Assembly: GCF_020745735.1 (NCBI RefSeq)
Contig: NC_083435.1
Coordinates: 28,767,231 to 28,831,230, forward strand
Length of the DNA: 64,000 nt
Source of the DNA: Hemiscyllium ocellatum
Taxonomy: Eukaryota
Direction of reading: 5' to 3'
The translations under genes and the position numbers were made by a program. The notes under the pieces were generated by a model. The model was not told the DNA's origin. It did no database searches and saw only the letters and a list, made by a program, of their open reading frames with translations. Every line of letters starts with the position of its first letter. The first letter of the stretch is position 1. Positions 1 to 10,792 of this stretch are shown in pieces.

Positions 1-413
1 TATTTTGCATACCTCTAGAGTTGAAGTAGACACACTTTAAATCAGTTTGTCTAGGGAAATTTTGGGCAATAAATTCAACCTAAACAGCAACACCCGTATC
101 ATATGAACGACTTTAAAAAAAAATGTCCTCATATGGTTATATTCCAGAATACACTGGGCATTGTCCTCTCGTAGAACCTCAGGGTATGCTCTCACTTTTC
201 ATATTATAACATGAAGATTTTGTTGCAATGTAATATCACAGGTCTTGTTGCACTCTGAAAATTTGAGGATATGTAAGATGTCTATAAACTCCATTTCACC
301 ATCCCGGGACATTTTGTACATATGGCCATACTGTAATGCTCGAGGATACAAAAGTCCTGTCATACTGCAATCCATACTGTGGTCCTCATTGTACTCTAAC
401 ATCCCAAGATAGA

Positions 414-1796
414 GCTCTCCGCTTCTTCCTGTCCCGCCGCACCAACCAGAACCCATCCACTGACACCCTCCTTCGACTGACTGAACTGGTCCTCACCCAG
501 AATAACTGCTCTTTTCAATCCTCCCACTTACTCCAAACTAAAGTAGTTGCCATGGGCACCCGCATGGGCCCCAGCTATGCCTGTCTCTTCGTAGGATATG
601 TGGAACAGTCCATCTTCCGCAACTACACTGGCACCACCCCCCACCTTTTCCTCCGCTACATCGATGACTGTATCGGCGCTGCCTCGTGCTCCCACGAGGA
701 GGTTGAACAGTTCATCAACTTTACTAACACCTTCCATCCTGACCTCAAATTCACCTGGACTGTCTCTGATTCCTCCCTCCCCTTCCTAGACCTTTCCATT
801 TCTATCTCAAGTGACCGACTCAACACAGACATCTACTATAAACCGACTGACTCCCACAGCTATCTGGACTACACCTCCTCCCACCCTGCCCCCTGTAAAA
901 ACTCCATCCCATATTCCCAATTCCTTCGTCTCCGTCGCATCTGCTCCCAGGAGGACCAGTTCCAACACCGCACAGCCCAGATGGCCTCCTTCTTCAAAGA
1001 CCGCAGATTCCCCCCAAACGTGATCGACGATGCCCTCCATCGCATCTCCTCCACTTCCCGGTCCTCCGCCCTTGAGCCCCGCCCATCCAACTGCCACCAA
1101 GACAGAACCCCACTGGTTTTCACCTACCACCCCACCAACCTCCGTATACAGCGTATCATCCGCAGTCATTTCCGCCACCTCCAAACGGACCCCACCACCA
1201 GGGATATATTTCCCTCCCCTCCCCTATCAGCGTTCCGCAAAGACCACTCCCTTCGTGACTCCCTCGTCAGGTCCACACCCCCCACCAACCCAACCTCCAC
1301 TCCCGGAAACTTCCCCTGCAACCGCAGGAAATGTAAAACTAGCGCCCACACCTCCACACTCACTTCCCTCCAAGGCCCCAAGGGATCCTTCCATATCCGC
1401 CACAAGTTCACCTGTACCTCCACACACATCATCTATTGCATCCGCTGCACCCGATGTGGCCTCGTCTACATTGGGGAGACGGGCTGCTTACTTGCGGAAC
1501 GCTTCAGAGAACACCTCAGGGACGCCCGGACCAACCAACACAACCACCCCGTGGCTCAACACTTTAACTCTCCCTCCCACTCCACCGAGGACATGCAGGT
1601 CCTTGGACTCCTCCACCGGCAAAACATAACAACACGACGGTTGGAGGAAGAGCACCTCATCTTCCGCCTGGCAACCCTCCAACCACTAGGGATGAACTCA
1701 GATTTCTCCAGTTTCCTCATTTCCCCTCCCCCCACCTTATCTCAGTCAGTTCCCTCAACTCAGCACCGCCCTCCTAAACTGCAATCTTCTTCCTAA
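414..1796 (+). CDS. Partial PLE ORF: RT palm/thumb plus GIY-YIG endonuclease, open but lacking its N-terminus
   Basis: Seen: no stops from ALRFFLSRR to the end. The first ~26 residues of the ORF-track entry (336-413) come from flanking DNA outside the TSD. Confidence 0.8.
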   Translation, partial: ALRFFLSRRTNQNPSTDTLLRLTELVLTQNNCSFQSSHLLQTKVVAMGTRMGPSYACLFVGYVEQSIFRNYTGTTPHLFLRYIDDCIGAASCSHEEVEQFINFTNTFHPDLKFTWTVSDSSLPFLDLSISISSDRLNTDIYYKPTDSHSYLDYTSSHPAPCKNSIPYSQFLRLRRICSQEDQFQHRTAQMASFFKDRRFPPNVIDDALHRISSTSRSSALEPRPSNCHQDRTPLVFTYHPTNLRIQRIIRSHFRHLQTDPTTRDIFPSPPLSAFRKDHSLRDSLVRSTPPTNPTSTPGNFPCNRRKCKTSAHTSTLTSLQGPKGSFHIRHKFTCTSTHIIYCIRCTRCGLVYIGETGCLLAERFREHLRDARTNQHNHPVAQHFNSPSHSTEDMQVLGLLHRQNITTRRLEEEHLIFRLATLQPLGMNSDFSSFLISPPPTLSQSVPSTQHRPPKLQSSS

Positions 1797-1928
1797 CCTC
1801 TCCGCCCCCACCCCACTCCGGCCTATCACCCTCACCTTGACCTCCTTCCACCTATCACATCTCCATCGCCCCTCCCCCAAGTCCCTCCTCCCTACCTTTT
1901 ATCTTAACCTGCCTGGCACCCTCTCCTC

Positions 1929-1964
1929 ATTCCTGATGAGGGGCTTATGCCTGAAACGTCGAAT
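1929..1964 (+). ncRNA. Minimal type I hammerhead ribozyme motif
   Basis: Seen: AUUC-CUGAUGA-G-GGGC(UUAU)GCCU-GAAAC-GUC-GAAU. Stem I is AUUC/GAAU, stem II is GGGC/GCCU, helix III is the palindrome ACGU, and the cleavage triplet is GUC (1958-1960). Confidence 0.8.
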
Positions 1965-2480
1965 TTCCTATTCCTTGGATGCTGCCTGACCTGCTGTGCT
2001 TTAACCAGCAACACATTTGCAACCAAGATACAAACAACCCTATTTCAGTTGAATATCCAAGAGTACACTGGGTCCTATTTTAAAGTGATATCCCAGGATA
2101 AACCAGGTTCTGTCATGCATTGGACATCTCCAGATGATACTGTTAAATCCCAGATTAAGTCAAGTCTGTCAAAGTACAATATCCAAGAGTTGTTCAGCCT
2201 TGTTGTCCTGCAATATCCAGTTCACATCAAGCCCTAAGTTTATGCCTCAGTGCACATAGTCTCAATTAAAGCCCCTCAAAAATGGTGCAAGGTGTTTGAG
2301 GGTTAATATCCATATCCCTCAATCAATATAATGTGACTCAAACTGTCATGGGTTATTGTCTTAGTTCCGCGTCCCCCTCCTGCAATCCCGTTCTGAGTCT
2401 GATTTCTCTCTGACAGTGAGAATCAGTTTTACCATAAATCAGTTATTGTCAGAAGATAGAGAGGAAAAGGTAGGGACTCT

Positions 2481-3312
2481 ATGACATTGACTGTCAATTC
2501 ATCCCTACACATCGACTCTCACTCCTCCCTGCCACTCATCATCTCTCACACCCCACGCACTCACAAACTCTCACTGCCCCACCCATCGACCCTCACTAAC
2601 CTCCCACTCGCTGACTCATTCCCCCACTCAGACCTTCACCTCCTACTCACCAACTCTCATTCCCCTTCACACTTATCGATTCTCAATCTCCCCACATTCT
2701 CCGACTCTCACTTCTACCCCCAAATCACCGAATCTCATACCTCACCAACTCACTGTCACTCACCCCACCCATGACCCTCACTACCCCCCACTCACCGACT
2801 CACTCATGAACTTTCATTCTCTCCACTTACCAACTCTCACTTCACCCACTCACCAGCTCTCACTTTCCTTACACTCACTGACTCTCAGCGCCCCCACACA
2901 TCGACTCTCAGTTTCTTCCTCACTCACCAACACTCACTCCACTCACAGTCATCGATTCTCACTCCCGCACACACACCGTCTCTCACCCCACCCTTGCTCA
3001 CCGACTCCACCTATCACTCCCTCTCCCCTACCAACTCTCATTCCTCCCTCACTCAACGACTCTGACTCTCCCCACCCACTGATTCTTACTCAGCCCCAAG
3101 CCTCCCTCACTGACTCTATGACCATCTCACTGACTTTCACTCACCCCTCTCTCATAGTCTCTCACTTTCTCCTTACTCAACAACTCTCACAATCCCCCTC
3201 ACTCACAGACTCTCACTCTTCCCCCTGATTCACTGCCTCTTGGTTTCCCTCTCACTCAATGAATCTCATTTACCACCTCACTCACTGACTCTAACTCCCC
3301 CACTCCTTTACT
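2481..3312. repeat. Degenerate CA/CT-rich low-complexity array (ctcactcac / accgactctca-like units)
   Basis: Seen: near absence of G on the + strand and recurring actcac/ctctca words. Explains the His/Ser/Pro/Leu-rich ORFs here. Confidence 0.85.
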
Positions 3313-3315
3313 CAC

Positions 3316-3579
3316 CTATTTGCTGTCCATAATCCAGGTAGTTCCTCAGCCAATTGACATACTCTACGTCCATGTATGCCTTCCATGCAAAATTGTTGAC
3401 TGTATGCTGGTCCCAGCAATTCTTGATACTCCCACCCCACAAGACTGAAGTCACCCACGCTAGGTACACCATGTTGAAGCTGAGGAAATCTTCTCCATCG
3501 CAGCTCCTTTGATGGAATCAGTTTTTTTTTCCATCGCCCCTCGGGTCGCAGCCGAACATTATTTGGTAGTTGTGGACAC
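3316..3579 (-). pseudogene. MHC class I alpha2-domain exon, pseudogenised
   Basis: Seen: 264-nt phase 1-1 exon between ttttctggacAG and AG|GTGAGT. Translates (G)VHNYQIMFGCDPRGDGKKN*FHQRSCDGEDFLSFNMVYLAWVTSVLWGGSIKNCWDQHTVNNFAWKAYMDVEYVNWLRNYLDYGQQI. Established class I alpha2 hallmarks present: HxxQxMxGC, DGEDFLSF, W...W, WLxxYLxYG. In-frame TGA at 3520-3518; second Cys replaced by Tyr. Confidence 0.9.
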
Positions 3580-3699
3580 CTGTCCAGAAAATATACACAG
3601 CCATTGAGAGCTAATCCCACCAAGGAAACCTAAGAAATCATCCCCTGACTCCCAACTATCATGGCAGTCATGAAAGCATATGACACTGTTTTAAAAGCA

Positions 3700-4080
3700 T
3701 ATGTCTTTTAAATGTTGTAACTGTACCTTCATCCACCACTTCCTCCGATGGTTCATTTCACATATGAACTGTGATCTTGGGGGGATTGCAGTGGAGATGG
3801 ACTGGAGTGAAACCTGGACTTTGAGAGTTTAGTTATGATGAGAGATTAAACAAACCTGAAGTGTTCTCTGAAATTTGGCAGGTTAAGACATGATTTGGTT
3901 GATGCTTTTTGAGATGTTAAAGGAAGTAGCCAATTTAGATGGAGGCAAACTTTCTGTTGATTGGGGAGTATCAAAGGCATGTTGTAAAAGTTAAAGCCAG
4001 ACACATCGGGTGTGTCGTTAAGAAACTCTTCAACGTTGGAAAATGTTTGACATGCTATTGCCTAATCAGTAATTGGTATT
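3700..4080. mobile_element. Degenerate CR1 LINE 3' fragments
   Basis: Resembles the CR1 3' region seen elsewhere in the window (accacttcctc..., gagagattaaac...). Very diverged. Confidence 0.45.
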
Positions 4081-4716
4081 AAATTGACTGTTAATGAGTT
4101 TGATGAGCAGAAAGCTGCAAATCTCCAAAAGGTGGAGATCAGGGGAAAATCAACAAATGTGCAGTTTGGCCACAAGTCCTCCAAAGTGACAATATATTCA
4201 AGTGCTGAGTGGCTTCCTGGTGTTCCCTGCCCTGTGGATTTTGCAGATATGATGTATGTTGGTCAGCTGGCTTGTTCCCAGTGAATTTTGTTCTGATTTC
4301 ATTTTTTTTATCAGCCATATGGCGTCGATTGCCCATCCCAGATTTATTCCATATTTCAATTGCATTTGGTGAGGTCTGCGGTCTGCTGTTTATCCCTGAG
4401 TCTGTTAACTATCGTTTCTTTCTTTATCCCAGTGGTCCATCATATCTGACTGGGAATCTTCCGACATCATTTCCCAAGATCAGCGTCTGGAGGGGAGAAG
4501 AGACGAAGATCGGATTGACTCCTGCTCACTCTCAAATTCTGGTGCATTTTGAAAATCTGATTCCTGATTCATGGCAACATTAATATTTTGTTCACTGAAA
4601 TCTGACCTGCTAATGACTGAGCTGCATAATCAAAATGTGACTTCTATTCCTGGATAGTAACCTCACCTCCAACTGGTAACCACTCCCCGACCAGTGACAC
4701 TACCCTGTCAGTGATT

Positions 4717-5016
4717 GATTAGATTAGATTGCCTACAGTGTGAATACAGGCCCTTTGGCACAACAAGTCCACACTGACCTGCCAAAGCGCAACCCACCCA
4801 TACCCTGATATTTACCCCTTACCTAACACTACGGACAATTTAGCATGGCCAATTCACCTGACCCGCACATCTTTGGACTATGGGAGGAAACCGGAACACC
4901 CAGAGGAAACCTACGCAGACACGTGGAGAACATACAAATTTCACACAGTCAGTCGCCTGAGGCAGGAACTAAACCCGGGTCTTTGGCGCTGTGAGGTAGC
5001 AGTGCTAACCACTGTG
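4717..5016 (-). mobile_element. HE1/V-SINE-type tRNA-derived SINE
   Basis: Seen: tRNA-like head (cagtggttagcact...gggtt), central ttctccccgtgtctgcgtgggtttcc-like V-domain and (taatc)n tail. Matches the copy at 25709. Confidence 0.9.
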
Positions 5017-5229
5017 TTGTGATGTATACATGTTTGACCCCCTTCACAGACCATTCACCAATGCGATAGCATTGTAGCTCAGGTCTTTGCACTTTCAGTA
5101 ATTAGTTAACCTTTACCTTCACTCGTGTTCATAACAATTCTTGTCAAGACTGATTGAACCCAGTAATTGCCTTACTGTGATATAAACTGTCCAACTGCAG
5201 GAGAGGACCAGACAGCAGCACCTGTGGAT

Positions 5230-5478
5230 GATGGGCCACAAGTTTAAGGCTAAGATGAGGAGGAAAATCTGCTCTCTGAGGCTTTGAAATTCCTTCCACA
5301 TAGGACTGTACAAGCAGAGTCCCTGTGTACATTTAAGGTTAAGATGAATCCATTCAGATGGAATCACAGCTGAAAGGTAAGAGGAAAGGGCTCACGAGGA
5401 ATGGCAGTTCAACCATGATCTGACTGAGTGGCAGAGCAGGCTGGAGGGGGTGAATGGCCTACTGCTGATCCTACTTAT
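5230..5478 (+). mobile_element. CR1 LINE 3' end
   Basis: Seen: ccatgatct...gagcaggctggaggggtgaatggcctact terminal pattern shared with other CR1 copies. Confidence 0.65.
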
Positions 5479-5704
5479 TAAGCTGTTATAGTCATGCATC
5501 ACAAGCTCATCTCCCTTCCTCGTATAATTGTTGTCTCGGAATCTCTTGACTTCAGCTGTTCCCTATGTTCAGGTTGTGAGTGCAATGCTCTGTCTGACTC
5601 TAAAACAGGGAAATAGCCGTGTACTGTACTCCTGAGTGGAATTCAAGACTCAATCATTCTCTACAGGCCTCTGAGATTCTACTGACAATCTTATCTTTTT
5701 GAAT

Positions 5705-5955
5705 AAAAACGAAGTACTGCGGATGATGGAAATTTGAAGCACACAGAGTGAACAATGGAGAAACTCGGATCTGGCAGCATCTGTGGAGAGAGTGACCAGA
5801 GTTCACGTTTCAAGTCCAGTCTGACTTGAAGAAGAATGAATTCTTCTGTTTGGCAGTATAGTCATGCCTGTCTCGAGACGTTATCTGTGTCTCTCTTTTA
5901 TAGATGTTGCCTGAACTTCTGGGTTTCTCCAGCAATCTTTGTGTTGATTCTTTTT
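5705..5955. mobile_element. Head-to-head pair of degenerate PLE 3' termini (family F4)
   Basis: Seen: the minus arm (gacttgaaacgtgaactctg...tctccacagatgctgccaga) faces a plus arm (tgaagaag...ctcgagacgttatctgtgtctctct...gatgttgcctga). Remnant hammerhead words are present. Confidence 0.6.
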
Positions 5956-6084
5956 TTTGGTTCTCAGAGGGCTGTCTGCTTCATCTTCCATTCCTGACAG
6001 ATACTTTTTTTTTATTTTTCACCACTTGAGAAATGCTAAAATCGATAGTGTCTCTATCATGTTTTGTCAATAAAGACCTCAGAC

Positions 6085-6390
6085 TGTGTTTGGTTTGCAC
6101 TGCTGCCTCATAGAGGCAGAATCGAGTCCAACCTCGGGCGACTGTGTGGAGTTCGTACATTCTCCCTGTGTGCGCGGTGTTACGCTGGGTGCTCCAGTTT
6201 CTTCCCATAGTCCAAAGATATACAGGATAGGTGGATGGGCCATGCTAAATTGCCCCATAGTGGCTAGGAATGTGCAGGCTTGGTGGGTTAGGATAGGAGA
6301 GAGGGGTGGGCCTGGGTGAGTTGCTCTTCAGAGGGTTGGTGTGGAATCAAAGGGCCGAATTGCCTACTTCTGCACTCAAGAGATTCTATG
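6085..6390 (+). mobile_element. HE1/V-SINE-type SINE (diverged)
   Basis: Seen: gcactgctgcctca head, tccaaagat...ccatgctaaattgccc core and aagggccgaa tail. Confidence 0.85.
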
Positions 6391-8057
6391 TTTCCCAACA
6401 ATCACCTCCCCCCCACCAACACACCATGCCACACCACGCCAAACCACATCACACCACAAACGCATCTCAGCTGCTTTACTATGGGCAGAATGCATACAGG
6501 ATTTTTCTTATTAAAAAGTGCAATACGGCCAATGTTTAGCACGGTGAAAAAATCTGAACCCATATCAGTGAAATTTCTTGCCGTTCTGACTCCTGGAGAC
6601 CAACGTTTGTCTCAAAATTCTTGGGGGAAAAATGACTAGGGTATCAAAGGAAGAGTGTGTGGGATTTCAGGGGATGGGACGGTCGGATTCAGAAGTAATA
6701 GCTGAGTTGTGACCTTCAGTAAGCATCTTCTAGCCCTTTCCCTCTACTTCTTGCCATATTGCACCCAAAATGGGGACCCCAACACTGCACTTAAACCTAG
6801 CAAACATTTTGACCTAGTTCTCCACCTGGGAGACCAGTCACAACTCTTAGCTACTGGGAAGACAGTTAACTGAGCTCTTGGCTAAGGCTATTAATCGGCC
6901 ATTAATTAATTGATGGTGAGTGAAGTCGTCACGCACAGATATTGCAAATGAACCTTTAATCATCGAGTTGGCGAGAAGCTTGTTTCTTGCGTTAAAGTGC
7001 ACAAGTATTTGCCCTTCCCGACTCTTTCCTCACTTCTCCAAGGGAGAACTGTCCTGAAAGTCATTTAACGAGACTGAAACACGTGAATCAGATGTCATCA
7101 AATTGAAGGAGTTTGCAGTCCTTAAATTAGCTCTCTTTAATAAGCCAATGTTGCATTTTCAAGCTTTTTAACAGAAATAGCCTGTGCAATGGATATTTGG
7201 CTTGCACTTTTTCGAATCAAGCTTTTGTTTCTCCCTCGTATGTTTGTCTTCCCATGCATTTTTCTCTGTCACAATAACAGAGCTTCTTCGTAAGCATGTT
7301 GTCTCTGCAGCATTATCGGGTCAAAATCCACACACACTTTTTAGGAAGGTTTTGATTTTTTGTAGGTTCACATTAGCAAGAAGCATGAATAACAATGAGC
7401 AAACAGTTTGCAGAGGTTTCAAAAAGCAAGTTGGTGCTGGAAAAAGGACCCTAATAATCTTTGAGGAGGTAGTTGAACTGTTTACAGGAAATTGTGTTAG
7501 GTGCAGAGCAGAGGAAAGTTAGGAACGTAATGACAAGTTATCACACGGGTGTGGATTAGAGAATATTACGTAAGTACTTTGTATTAGTCTTCACACAAAA
7601 GAAAGTTTTAACTGGAGCACGATATCCTCCTACCATTCCAACCCATCATTCAAGGTTAGGATCTGGAATGAAGAAAGCTGACAACATGTTACTTCAGAGG
7701 TTCATGTCCAGCATCTCAAGCAGTGGTTCCTATTTTGGATATGGAGAAGTCGGCCACGCTGGTCCAGTGGATGAAGTGATGCAATGTAACTCATCCCATT
7801 TTCGAGTTCAGTCAGGAAGAGGAAGAAGTTTGTGTGCACAAATTTCTAGAAGTGTCATAAGAAGTTGAGAATAACTGCTTAAAAATGAGGTACTGTGAGC
7901 TTCTGAACTTTAAGTTCTCCAAGAAAATTTGTCGGGAAAGGCCATGGCCTAATGGTACTATCACTAGTTATTAATACAGAAACTCAACTAATGTTCTGGG
8001 GACATGAGGTGCTGCAAATCCTGCCACGAGAATTTGAATTCAATAAAGCATTTTGTA

Positions 8058-9218
8058 ATTTACATAAATGATTTGTGTGTGAATATTGCTGGTGTAGTGG
8101 ACAGTGTAGAAAGTTATCTCAGATTAAAATGAAAACCTGATCAGATGGATCGAGGAATGTGAGGTTTTGGGCAAGCAAATGAGGGCAGGACATGCACACT
8201 TAATAGTAATATCAGTGGGAGTGTTGCCAACTAAAGAGACCTTGGAGTGCAGGTTCATAGTTCCTTGAAAGTAGAGTCGCAGGTAGACAGTGCATTGACA
8301 AAAGTGATCGTTTCCCTTGCCTTTATTGATCAGTGCATTGGATATAGAAATTAGGATGCTTAAACCACTGTTAGAACATTATGTTCAATTCTGGTTCCCC
8401 AGTTTAAAGCATTTTTTTATTTTAAAAAATCATTCATGAGATGATCGCTGACTAGGTCAGTATTTATTGTCCATGCCAAATTGCTCAGAGGACAAGTAAG
8501 AGTTTCTATTGGTCTGGAGTCACATGCAGACTAGACCAAGTAAGAATTGCAGTTTCCTTCCTAGAGAACAAGAGTCATTAAGATGGATTTTTCGCAATAA
8601 GTGTCAATGGATTCAGCGTCATCATGAGACGCTTAATTCCGCTCTCTGTGGTGGGATTCAAACCCAGATCCCCTGAAGGTGATCTCGGTCACTGGATAAA
8701 CAGCCCAGCAATTAAAGCACTAAACCATTGCTGTTGAGCTTGAAAGGCTTCTGAAAATATTTACAAGGATGTTGGTAGAATTGGAGAGTTGGAACTACAG
8801 GGAGAGTCTGAATAGGGTGGGGCTATTTTCTCTGGAGTGTGGGAGGCGGAGGGAGTTACAGGAGTTTATCAAATCTTGAGGAAACATCGATAGAATGAAT
8901 AACCAAGGTGTTTTCTTTTTCCCCATGGTAGAGGGTTCCAAAATTAAATGGCTTAAGTTTCAGGTAAGGCAGGGAAAGATATAAAAGACCTAAGTGGCAA
9001 CTTACTCAAGCAGAGGGTGATGCATGTATGAAATGAGCTGCCAGAGGAAGTGGTGGAGGCAATATTTAAAACTCATCTGAATGGGTACACGAATTGGAAG
9101 GGTTTAGATGAATGTGGGCCAAATGTTAGCAAATGGGATTAGGTGAATGTAGTGTATCTTGTTGGCATGCATGAGTTGGTCGAAAGGATCTCTAACCGTG
9201 CAAGATTATAACTCTATA
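8058..9218 (+). mobile_element. CR1 LINE RT C-terminus and 3' end, interrupted by a SINE
   Basis: Seen: matches the 27963-29102 CR1 (ggtgtagtggacag, cttgaaagtagagtcgcaggtaga, gagctgccagaggaagtggtggagg). Confidence 0.8.
8425..8732 (-). mobile_element. SacSINE1/DeuSINE-type SINE nested in CR1
   Basis: Seen: reverse complement of the 9248-9460 element plus a tRNA-like head (gggattcaaaccc). The family name is from recall. Confidence 0.7.
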
Positions 9219-9247
9219 GTTGCAATCTGGAAGTAAGGCTCTACTGG

Positions 9248-9460
9248 CAACCATGAAGCCATTGTCGATTGTCAGAAAGATATCTGGTTCACTAATGTTA
9301 TTTAGGGAAGGAAACCTGCCATCCTTACTTGGTTTGGCCTGCATGTGATTCCAGATGCACAGCAATGTAGTTTCTTCTCAACAGCTTCTATGCAATGAGG
9401 AATGGTGTTAAATGCTGGCCTAGCCAGAGCTCTCCACATTTCATGACTGAATAAGAAAAA
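9248..9460 (+). mobile_element. SacSINE1/DeuSINE-type SINE 3' part
   Basis: Seen: ccattgtcgattgtc...tctggttcactaatg...tagggaaggaaa...aaatgctggcctagccag with A-rich tail. Further pieces at ~7940-8050, 21150-21300 and 55985-56070. Confidence 0.75.
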
Positions 9461-9480
9461 CATACAGCATTCCTATGTGA

Positions 9481-9586
9481 AAATACAAAACACTCTGTAT
9501 GTGAAAGATCTGAAATTAATGCTGAAAATGCTGGAGAAACTCTGCACCTCTAGCAGTAAGAGTCAAATATGGTCCTTCTTCAGAAT
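9481..9586 (-). mobile_element. Degenerate PLE 3' terminus (family F4)
   Basis: Seen on the minus strand: ttctgaagaaggaccatatttgactc...gagtttctccagcattttc, with an internal deletion. Confidence 0.5.
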
Positions 9587-9859
9587 TTGAAGCTTAAAAG
9601 CCAAATGAAATCGAAGAACTGAACTTGAGATAAGTTAAGAGTAACTGCTTTTCACACCAAAATAACATTTAACTGAGTGTGTCAACAAGGAAAAAAAAAT
9701 GAAGTTAACAATATGGGGTGTCCATCAACCTAGGACAAAAGTTGCTTTGATTTGAGGCCAAATATTTCAGTCTTACCACATTGGTACAGGAGTTACTCAG
9801 AGTAATGTTATAAAATCAAATACCTTAGGTTGATTCATGAATGACCAGTCCTCTATCAA

Positions 9860-10190
9860 GAGGACATCATGGAGATATTACCTAACGATTGCACGATGTT
9901 TTGCAACATTCACAATTCCTCATGCATTGAAGTAGTTCTATCCAACAGGCAGTAAAACTGGACCATATCCAGTCATATGTGGCAAGTAGTCGTCAAGCTA
10001 GGAATGACCATATTCATGAAGAGAACATCTAACCATCTCCCTTTGACTATCAATGATTCTACTGTCAATGAGTTCACATTATCCACATTCTGATTATTCC
10101 TAGTGAACAGAAAATGAAGTGGAGAAGCCATACTAATACAAACGCCTAAATAGTAGTTTAGAGGCTACAAATTCTAAAGCAGACAAATCA
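9860..10190 (+). mobile_element. Old L2/CR1-group LINE RT fragment
   Basis: Seen: ctggaccatatccag, gtggcaagta, aggaatgacca, tctaaccatctcccttgac. Probably the same family as the tails at 27105 and 45960 (inference). Confidence 0.5.
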
Positions 10191-10792
10191 CATCTTAATT
10201 CTCCAAACACGGGTCATCATAACTCATCAGAAGTATGCTGAAATAGTCTGCATTTTCCTTCAGCCAAAAGAAAATATTGTGGTGAACTTGGTGGTAGAAA
10301 GTTGCTCTTTTGTGCATGACAGCACTTATGGGTAAAAAGGAAAATAAACGAAGGTGCAGGCTTGAAGGAACAAAGTCAGTTTCTATCTGCAGCAAAGTAA
10401 ATGAAGCCTGGAAACAGTTATTATTTTTACTGTTTACTGTTGCCTGCAGTGAGTGACTGTGAAACTGAACAATTAGTGTGTAAGTCATTTATGTCTATGG
10501 CAATGAATGGAAAAAATTTGGAAGGAAGGAACTTGGAGAACAAAGGATTTTGAGGATCCAGAATAGCACCTCATCAAGAAGACGGCTGGTGGTTATTGAA
10601 TTGCATTTCCCTAGGGTATTTTACCTGAACCATGATGCATGCTGTAACTTCCATTGTCTTTTTTTTTTGGATATGTGCATGTTTTTGAAGGCAGTTACAG
10701 TTTTATCAGGAGAAGGTATGTGTCCACAGTTCATAGTTTAATTTAATTTTTTTGAGAACTCACTTATTTCTTAAAATCTGTAGTACTTGTTG

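Larger units (their letters stand above)
412..2022 (+). mobile_element. 5'-truncated Penelope-like retroelement (Neptune-type, family F1) with 8-bp TSD
   Basis: Seen: RT motifs (QTKxVAMGTRMGPSYA, LRYIDD), Cys-rich linker (FPCNRRKCKT), C-terminal GIY-YIG (IIYCIRCTRCGLVYIGET) and a 3' tail with a hammerhead motif. Direct repeat ccaagata at 404-411 and 2023-2030. Neptune assignment rests on the known Cys-rich RT-EN linker (inference). Confidence 0.93.

Noticed and set aside
199-456. Minus-strand ORF containing CSMTGLLYPR...RDGE, resembling MHC alpha3 (CxxTGFYP), on the right side of the alpha2 exon
   Set aside because: The DNA is a degenerate ~35-bp tandem repeat (gtatcctgggatat...gaggac-like) that continues at 2023-2230. 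There is no conserved Trp, second Cys or splice sites.
528-1682. Numerous antisense and alternate-frame ORFs over PLEs (also 40058-41846) and over the GPCR and CHRM genes
   Set aside because: Shadow ORFs arising from compositional bias of the sense coding strand.
2481-3228. His/Ser/Pro/Leu-rich ORFs
   Set aside because: Translation of low-complexity DNA.
3312-3623. 103-aa ORF in the track
   Set aside because: It is an alternative frame of the MHC alpha2 pseudo-exon and has no recognisable homology itself.
4300-4560. Minus-strand PEF...W...HWDKE words and a strong acceptor, as a possible alpha1 exon
   Set aside because: Spacing does not fit alpha1, there are several stops, and no phase-1 donor was found.
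6490-6720. Minus-strand HQLSYYF...ERQEISLIWVQIF, suggestive of a decayed alpha1 exon
   Set aside because: Needs at least three frame switches, is too short and has no polypyrimidine acceptor. Worth a profile-HMM search with frameshifts, but not supportable by eye.
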